The translations under genes and the position numbers were made by a program. Below, piece after piece: positions 58,142-64,000 of a DNA stretch of 64,000 nucleotides. The DNA comes from Candidatus Spongiisociaceae bacterium. GTDB lineage: Bacteria > Actinomycetota > Acidimicrobiia > Spongiisociales > Spongiisociaceae. Position 1 is the stretch's first letter, and each line of letters starts with the position of its first letter. The notes under the pieces were generated by a model. It searched no databases. It had not been told where the DNA came from and saw only the letters and a list, made by a program, of their open reading frames with translations. The DNA lies in contig OZ241841.1 of assembly GCA_965202665.1 (NCBI GenBank), positions 320,001 to 384,000 of the forward strand, in the 5' to 3' direction.

Positions 58142-59242
58142 TCAGCAGTCGGTCACCGTGTAGACGTCGTCGATGTTGTCCCGGGTGATCACCTGGTGAT
58201 CGGTGAACAACTGACCTGCGACAGACTGGCCCGCCACCGCGTTGAGGATGGACGGGATCAGAATCTTGCCGTAGTTCTCGGGGAAATAAGCCACCGAGGC
58301 CACGTAGTTGTCGTTGTTCTTGATCTCGCACCAGATGCTGGGGTCGGTGCCCTGGCCGGAGTAGTACATGTCGTCCTGGCGGCCCAGGGTGTTGCCCGCT
58401 CCGATGGCGCCCAGGATGCCGTCTTCGTTGATGGCCACCACCACGATGCGGTCGCCCGGCAGGGCGGTCAGCAAGTTGGTCATCTGCTCCAAAGCCGGGT
58501 CGGTGCGGTCCGCGCCGTCCTGCACCCGCTCGTTGACGATCGGGCAGAACTCCTCGAAGCCCTCCCGATATCCACCCATCCGGTCCCGGTTGGCGGCCCC
58601 GGCGGCGGTGGACTCCAACGACACATAGGCCGTGTAATCGCAATCGAAGTTGTCTGAAATGAACTTGCCCATGGCCCGTCCGCCCAACTGGCCGGCCAAC
58701 CGGTTGTTGGCCCCCATGAAAGCGGTCTGGCAGGGAGGCTGAATGATGTCGATGGCGATCACCGGCACATCCCCGTGCGCGGCGCAAATCTCCGGAGAGG
58801 ACTCCTGGAACACCTGGAAATTGAGCACGCCCTGCGCGCCCCGCACCGCAAAGTCCTGAGCGCAGGCCAAAGCTTTGGCGGCGTCGATCTCCGAATCGCA
58901 GAAAATGAGGTTCACGCCCAAGCGATCCGCCTCCTCTTTGATCCCGTCCGACACCAACTTCACGAACGGCACCGCGTCGCCCAACGAGATGTAACCGATG
59001 GTCACTTCCTCTTCGGGGGCAGTGACCTCGACTTCCACGATGCTGGTCTCCACCACCTCCACCTCGACGAGGCTTGTCTCCACCACCGTCTCGGTTACCA
59101 CCTCGGTTACCACCACCGTCTCCGTGACGGTCTCGGTAATGGTCTCGGTGCGGGTGCAGGCGGTGGCGGTCAAGGCCAACACCGAGGCCAAGATCACCAA
59201 GCGGGTCGTCAACCGCCTTCTGTTTCTAATCCAGTCGTTCAT
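58142..59242 (-). CDS. Sugar ABC substrate-binding lipoprotein (RbsB-like) with Thr/Glu/Val-rich stalk
   Basis: Lipobox ATAC, VPVIAID, RDRMGGY, AINED. Confidence 0.88.
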   Translation of the reverse strand: MNDWIRNRRRLTTRLVILASVLALTATACTRTETITETVTETVVVTEVVTETVVETSLVEVEVVETSIVEVEVTAPEEEVTIGYISLGDAVPFVKLVSDGIKEEADRLGVNLIFCDSEIDAAKALACAQDFAVRGAQGVLNFQVFQESSPEICAAHGDVPVIAIDIIQPPCQTAFMGANNRLAGQLGGRAMGKFISDNFDCDYTAYVSLESTAAGAANRDRMGGYREGFEEFCPIVNERVQDGADRTDPALEQMTNLLTALPGDRIVVVAINEDGILGAIGAGNTLGRQDDMYYSGQGTDPSIWCEIKNNDNYVASVAYFPENYGKILIPSILNAVAGQSVAGQLFTDHQVITRDNIDDVYTVTDC

Positions 59243-59291
59243 TCTGTTTCTCCTCCCGATAGTCCGCCGGGACTCGTTCCGCGGCGGGTTT

Positions 59292-59307
59292 CTGGAAACG
59301 TTGCCAG
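59292..59307. promoter_or_regulatory. LacI-type operator
   Basis: CTGGAAACGTTGCCAG near-palindrome with central CG, between divergent SBP and amidohydrolase genes. Confidence 0.75.
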
Positions 59308-59461
59308 CCTACAGGCTACCCCGCCCCGTAAACCCGGTCAACCGATTTTTTTGATTTTATTTTTCGGGACGGCCGGGCGGCGGCGGGGGTAGACTGCGGG
59401 GCGCAAGCCGACAGACGAGGCGTCCGCGCCCGCGCCAGGCGGGAGGACGCAGGAGGTTGAA

Positions 59462-60346
59462 ATGAGCGACATCGCGTTCGTGGACACGCACATCCATTTC
59501 TGGGAGCGCCCCCACCCGACCTTGAAGTGGGTGTGGCTGGAGCCCGACTTCATCCATCCGCAACTGGGGGACACGGTGCTGCTGAAGGAGATGAAGACCT
59601 ACACCGCCCCCCAGTATTTGGAGGACATCGCCGGGTGCGGGGTTTCCAAAGCGGTGCATGTGCAGGCCGCCATCGGCACCGAAGACCCGGTGGAGGAAAC
59701 CAAATGGCTGCAGGCTATGGCCGATGAAACCGGGTGGCCGCACGGCATCGTCGGCGACGCCCGGTTGCAGCATCCGGATGTGGAAGGGGTGCTGGAACAA
59801 CATGCGGAATACCCCAACTTCCGCGGCCTGCGCGACTTCGCCGAAGGCGACTACCTGGTGGACCCGAACTTCCACCGCGGCTACTCCCTGTTGGAAAAAT
59901 ACAACCTGGTGTACGATTTGGACTGCACCTGGGAGAACATGCACAAGGCGGCCGACATGGCCCGCAAGTTCCCCAACATCATCCTCATCCTGGATCACGC
60001 CGGGTTCCCCCAGGACCGCACCGACGAATACTTCGCCAACTGGATGAAAGGCATGAGAACCCTGGGCCAAGTGGAAAACGCGGTCATCAAAATCTCCGGG
60101 CTGGGGATGGGCGACCAGATGGCGGGGAAAGTGTGGACGGTGGATTCCATCCGCCCCTACGTGCACGGCTGCATCGAGGCTTTCGGGGTGGAACGCAGTT
60201 TCTTCGGCACCAACTGGCCGGTGGACAAGATGTACTCCGCCTATTCGGCGCTGGTCGACGCCTACCGGGAGTTGATATCGGAGTTCAGCCCGGACGAGCA
60301 GGCCGCCCTGTTCTCCGCCAACGCCGAGCGCATCTACCGCATCTGA
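59462..60346 (+). CDS. Amidohydrolase-2 family, probable sugar lactonase
   Basis: DTHIHFW, AVHVQA, ILDHAG, KISG, FGTNWP. Confidence 0.88.
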   Translation: MSDIAFVDTHIHFWERPHPTLKWVWLEPDFIHPQLGDTVLLKEMKTYTAPQYLEDIAGCGVSKAVHVQAAIGTEDPVEETKWLQAMADETGWPHGIVGDARLQHPDVEGVLEQHAEYPNFRGLRDFAEGDYLVDPNFHRGYSLLEKYNLVYDLDCTWENMHKAADMARKFPNIILILDHAGFPQDRTDEYFANWMKGMRTLGQVENAVIKISGLGMGDQMAGKVWTVDSIRPYVHGCIEAFGVERSFFGTNWPVDKMYSAYSALVDAYRELISEFSPDEQAALFSANAERIYRI

Positions 60347-60421
60347 CCGAGCGCCGCCGGTTCCGCCCCGCCGGGGGACGGCCGCCCGGCCGCCCGGCCC
60401 GCCGGTAGGGTGGACGCGGCC

Positions 60422-61456
60422 ATGTCCGCCGCCGACCGCGCCCCGCCCCCCACTATGAACGAGGTGGCCCGCCGGGCGGGGGTGGCCCTGTCTTCGGTGT
60501 CCCGGGTGATGAACGGGCATCCGGATGTGAGCGAAGAGATGCGCCGGCGGGTGTCGGAGGCCATGTCGGAGTTGGGTTACGAGCCCAACCTGTTGGCGGC
60601 CGGCCTGCGCCGGGGCAGGAGCCGCGCCATCGGGTTCATCGTCTCCGACATAGCCAACCCGCTGTTGGCGACCATTCTCAACTCCGCCCAAGCCGTCCTC
60701 GGCCGGCGGAAATACGCGGCGATGGTGGCCAACTCCAACGGGAGCCCGGAGCAGGAGGCGGAACTGGCCCGGCTGCTGCGGCAACGGCGGGCGGACGCGC
60801 TGGTGGTTTCCCTGTCGGACGAAACCAGTCCGGGGATTATGCGGGAGTTGCAGCGGCTGGACGGGCCGGTGGTGCTGTTGGACCGCCAAGCCCCCCTGTT
60901 GCGGGAGAAGGCGTCGGTGGTGGAATCCGACCACGATGCGGGAATGCGGCGGGCGGTGAAGCATCTGCTGAACCTGGGCCACCGCCGCATCGCCCTGCTG
61001 GCCGGGCCGCCCGACATCCGGCCCACCACCCGGCGGGTGGCCGGACATCGGGAAACCTTCGCCGAACTGGACCGCCCTTTCCCGGAAGATTTGGTGCGGT
61101 GGGGGTCTTTCACCCCCAAATTCGGGGAGGCGGCCGCCACGGAACTGCTGGATCAGCCGGAGCCGCCCACCGCTTTCATCTCCGGCGGCAACCGCATTCT
61201 GGTGGGCCTGATGCGGGTCCTGCGGCGCCGGGGGCTTCAGCCGGGGCGTGACATTTCGGTGGTGTCCTGCGACGACGTGCCCCTGTCGGAGCTGTACTCC
61301 CCGCCCATCACGGTCATCAACCGGGACATGCGGCTGATGGGGCAGACGGCCGCCGAACTGGCCCTGGAAAGAATCGACGATCCGTCCCGTCCGCCCCGCA
61401 CCGTCGTCCTCCCCACTTCCCTGGTGTTGCGGGAATCAACCGGCCGGGCGCCGTAG
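60422..61456 (+). CDS. LacI family transcriptional regulator
   Basis: TMNEVARRAGVALSSVSRVMN, LGYEPN, GHRRIA, LVLRES. Confidence 0.94.
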   Translation: MSAADRAPPPTMNEVARRAGVALSSVSRVMNGHPDVSEEMRRRVSEAMSELGYEPNLLAAGLRRGRSRAIGFIVSDIANPLLATILNSAQAVLGRRKYAAMVANSNGSPEQEAELARLLRQRRADALVVSLSDETSPGIMRELQRLDGPVVLLDRQAPLLREKASVVESDHDAGMRRAVKHLLNLGHRRIALLAGPPDIRPTTRRVAGHRETFAELDRPFPEDLVRWGSFTPKFGEAAATELLDQPEPPTAFISGGNRILVGLMRVLRRRGLQPGRDISVVSCDDVPLSELYSPPITVINRDMRLMGQTAAELALERIDDPSRPPRTVVLPTSLVLRESTGRAP

Positions 61457-61473
61457 CCGGGCCCGGCCCGCGC

Positions 61474-61713
61474 CTACCCGGTTTCTATTACGCAAACCGG
61501 GTCGCCCACCTCCACTTCGTCGTCGGGGGCGGCCAGCAATTCGGTTACCACCCCGGCCGCCGGGCTGGGGAAATCGGCCTCCACCTTGTCGGTTTCCACC
61601 CGCATCAGGACGTCCCCTTCGGCCACCCGGTCCCCTGCCGCCACCAGCCATTCCAGCACCACCACCTGCCCGGCGGTTTCCCCCAGTTTGGGCATTTTCA
61701 CTTTGACCAGCAT
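61474..61713 (-). CDS. Stand-alone lipoyl-domain protein
   Basis: VKMPKLGE...VETDKV...SPAAG; 79 aa only. Confidence 0.88.
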   Translation of the reverse strand: MLVKVKMPKLGETAGQVVVLEWLVAAGDRVAEGDVLMRVETDKVEADFPSPAAGVVTELLAAPDDEVEVGDPVCVIETG

Positions 61714-61735
61714 CGTCGCTCCGCTTCCCAGGCTC

Positions 61736-62728
61736 TCAGGGGGCGTAGATGTTGGCGAACATGTCCTCCACCCCGGCCGGTTCCCCGGCGGCGGCCTCCG
61801 CCTCCGCCTCCGCCAAGCGCCGCGCCACCCCGGCTTCCATCTCCGCCGCCTGTTCTTCGGTCAACTCCCCTTCGTCCAACAACCGGCGGCGGTAAGTGTT
61901 GATGGGGTCTTTCTCGTACCACAGGTCGAATTCGCCTTCCGGCCGGTAGGGGGCCTTGTCGGCCCGGGAATGGCCCGCGTAACGGTAGGTTTTCATTTCC
62001 AGCAGGGAAGGCCCCTCCCCAGCCCGGGCCCGCGCCAGGGCGTTTTCCATGGCGGAGGCCACCGCGTCCACGTCCTGGCCGTCCACGATTTCGCCGGGCA
62101 TCCCGTAGGAGGCGGCCCGGTCGGCCAGATCGCCGATGGGGGTGGTCAGCTCAATGCGGCTGTACTCCCCGTACTGGTTGTTTTCGCACACGAACACCGC
62201 GGGCAGTTTCCAGATGGCGGCCAGGTTCAAACCTTCGTGGAAAGCCCCGATGTTGGCGGCCCCGTCCCCGAACACGGCCACCGCCGCCCGGTCGGTTCCC
62301 CGCACCTGGGCGGTGAGGGCCGCTCCTGCCGCCACCGGAATGCCCGCCCCCACGATGGCGAAGGTGGGGAGCAGTCCCACCGACGTGTCGCACAGGTGCA
62401 TGGAGCCGCCCACCCCGCCGATCGCCCCCAGTTTGCGGCCCATGATCTCCCCCATGATGCTGAGCGGGGTCATCCCCAGGGCCAGGGCCACCCCGTGGCC
62501 GCGGTAGGTGCAGGTGACGGTATCGTCGGGCCGGGCGGCGGCCGCCACCCCCACCGCCACCGCCTCCTGCCCCTGGCAGGTGTGGGTGGTGCCGTGCACC
62601 GTCCCTTCGAAGAACATTTCCTGCACCCGGTCTTCAAAAGACCGGATTTCGAACATCGCCTCGTAGCGGGCGGGGCGGCCCGACTGCAGGCGGCGGCGCC
62701 TTTCCAAAGAAGCGGTTCCGGGGCTCAT
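61736..62728 (-). CDS. TPP-dependent dehydrogenase E1 alpha subunit (PdhA/AcoA-like)
   Basis: GQEAVAVG, TYRGHG, GGSMH, GDGA...ENNQY, YRYAGHS; ATGA overlap gives start 62728. Confidence 0.92.
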   Translation of the reverse strand: MSPGTASLERRRRLQSGRPARYEAMFEIRSFEDRVQEMFFEGTVHGTTHTCQGQEAVAVGVAAAARPDDTVTCTYRGHGVALALGMTPLSIMGEIMGRKLGAIGGVGGSMHLCDTSVGLLPTFAIVGAGIPVAAGAALTAQVRGTDRAAVAVFGDGAANIGAFHEGLNLAAIWKLPAVFVCENNQYGEYSRIELTTPIGDLADRAASYGMPGEIVDGQDVDAVASAMENALARARAGEGPSLLEMKTYRYAGHSRADKAPYRPEGEFDLWYEKDPINTYRRRLLDEGELTEEQAAEMEAGVARRLAEAEAEAAAGEPAGVEDMFANIYAP

Positions 62729-63753
62729 GCTCCCGCCTCCCTTCTCATCGGCTGTCTTTCCCACCAGTGGCGGGGGCGGCGGCCGGTTTCCAGCAACTCG
62801 CCGATCTGGGCGGCGATGTATTCGGAGTCGGGCATGTAGCGCTGCTCCAACTCGGCCGGGAAAGGGACGTTGGTGTCGGGGCTGGTGATGCGGATGGGCG
62901 GGGCGGCCAACTCCCCGAACAGTTCGCCGGTGACGTAGGAAACTATCTCGTTTCCCCAGCCGCCGGTGAAAGGGTTTTCCTCCACGGTGGCCAGCCGTTT
63001 GGTTTTGCCCACCGACCGCAACAGGAGCTCCTTGTCGTAGGGGAGCAACGTCCGCAAGTCGATCACCTCCGCCGACCAGGGGGCGTCCTCCGCCGCCTGC
63101 CGGGCGGCCCGCACCATGGACCCCAGGGCGACCACGGTGACGTCGTCCCCTTCCCGCAGGACTTCGGCTTTGCCCAAAGGGACGATCCCTTCTTCGCCGA
63201 CGGTCACTTCGTCCCGTCCGGCGTAGAGGGCGCGCGGTTCCAGCACCGCCACCGGGTTGTCGTCCCGCACCGCGGAGCGCATCAGCCCGTAGGCGCTTTG
63301 CGGCCCGGAGGCCACCGCCAACTTCAAGCCGGGGGCGGCGGTCATCCACGACTCCAAAGTCTGCGAATGCTGGCATCCGAACCCCAGTCCGGCCCCCACC
63401 GACCCCCGCACGGTGAGGGGCACTGTGACCGTCCCCCCCGACAGGTAGTGGAATTTGGCCGCTTCGGTTACCAGCTGGTCCAAAGCCACCCCCAGAAACT
63501 CGATGAACATTATTTCCACCACCGGGCGCAGTCCGGTGGCGGCCGCCCCCACCGCCGCCCCCAGGAAACCCATCTCCGAGATGGGGGTGTCCCGCACCCG
63601 TTTCGGGCCGTAGGCGTCCAGCAGGCCGGCCGAGGTTTTGAAGGGCCCTTCGGCCACCGCCACATCCTCCCCGAACACCACCACGTCCGGGTCGGCGGCC
63701 ATTTCGTCCGACAGGGCGGCGGCGATGGCCGCGTTCATTCGCAACTTGGGCAT
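62725..63753 (-). CDS. TPP-dependent dehydrogenase E1 beta subunit (PdhB/AcoB-like)
   Basis: FGEDV, RDTPISE, QHSQ, VIDLRTL. Confidence 0.93.
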   Translation of the reverse strand: MPKLRMNAAIAAALSDEMAADPDVVVFGEDVAVAEGPFKTSAGLLDAYGPKRVRDTPISEMGFLGAAVGAAATGLRPVVEIMFIEFLGVALDQLVTEAAKFHYLSGGTVTVPLTVRGSVGAGLGFGCQHSQTLESWMTAAPGLKLAVASGPQSAYGLMRSAVRDDNPVAVLEPRALYAGRDEVTVGEEGIVPLGKAEVLREGDDVTVVALGSMVRAARQAAEDAPWSAEVIDLRTLLPYDKELLLRSVGKTKRLATVEENPFTGGWGNEIVSYVTGELFGELAAPPIRITSPDTNVPFPAELEQRYMPDSEYIAAQIGELLETGRRPRHWWERQPMRREAGA

Positions 63754-63830
63754 GACCCGTTTCCCGCTTTCGTTGGCCGCTTTCTTGGCCGGTTTTGTCT
63801 GTTTGCCGCCAACACTATACCGCCCCGATC

Positions 63831-63846
63831 CTGGAAACGTATCCAG
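63831..63846. promoter_or_regulatory. Second LacI-type operator upstream of E1 beta
   Basis: CTGGAAACGTATCCAG, 14/16 identical to 59292-59307. Confidence 0.72.
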
Positions 63847-63879
63847 CCGGGGGGTTTGTTTCCCGCCTCCCGGTTTTCT

Positions 63880-64000
63880 TCATCGGGCGGCCGTCCGCCG
63901 GGCCGCCTCCCGCAGCCAGCGCACCCCGTCGGCCACCATCCGGTCTTCGTCGCTGCCCGCGGGCAGGGTGGCCAACTCCACGCAGGCCAGCCCGTCGAAC
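63880..64000 (-). CDS. C-terminus of a probable sugar-phosphate isomerase/epimerase (TIM barrel), partial
   Basis: Hand translation FDGLACVELA...MVADGVRWLREAARRTAAR*. Confidence 0.55.
   Translation of the reverse strand, partial: FDGLACVELATLPAGSDEDRMVADGVRWLREAARRTAAR

Overview
High-GC actinobacterial chromosome segment. Gene content, leaderless promoters and SLH/beta-propeller expansions suggest class Acidimicrobiia, possibly host-associated (inference). Backbone: folP (partial), comEC, comEA, leuS, tRNA-Ala(GGC), rsfS, nadD, dapB, M16 peptidase, rhomboid, vWA+AAA pair, Ppx, LOG, MDMPI, BtpA. It also holds a liv-type ABC/isochorismatase/lactonase/xanthine-dehydrogenase-family cluster and a LacI-controlled sugar ABC/SDR/enolase/E1 cluster. 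Accessory patches: (i) a low-GC, tightly coupled four-gene operon (PP-loop/PAPS-reductase-like enzyme, GHKL ATPase split at a G12 tract, two hypotheticals), the best candidate for an undescribed DNA-modification/defence system; (ii) an orphan DUF1156 adenine methyltransferase starting 6 nt after tRNA-Ala and split at a G11 tract; (iii) a DUF222-HNH gene preceded by four tandem copies of its own promoter plus start, each with a PafBC/RecA-NDp-like motif that recurs ahead of two small basic ORFs; (iv) four SLH + Trp-rich propeller genes with readable duplication/deletion scars, a duplicated diverging binding protein and truncated lipoprotein paralogs. No integrase, transposase, reverse transcriptase or CRISPR array was recognised. 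All family calls are by motif recognition; no searches were run.
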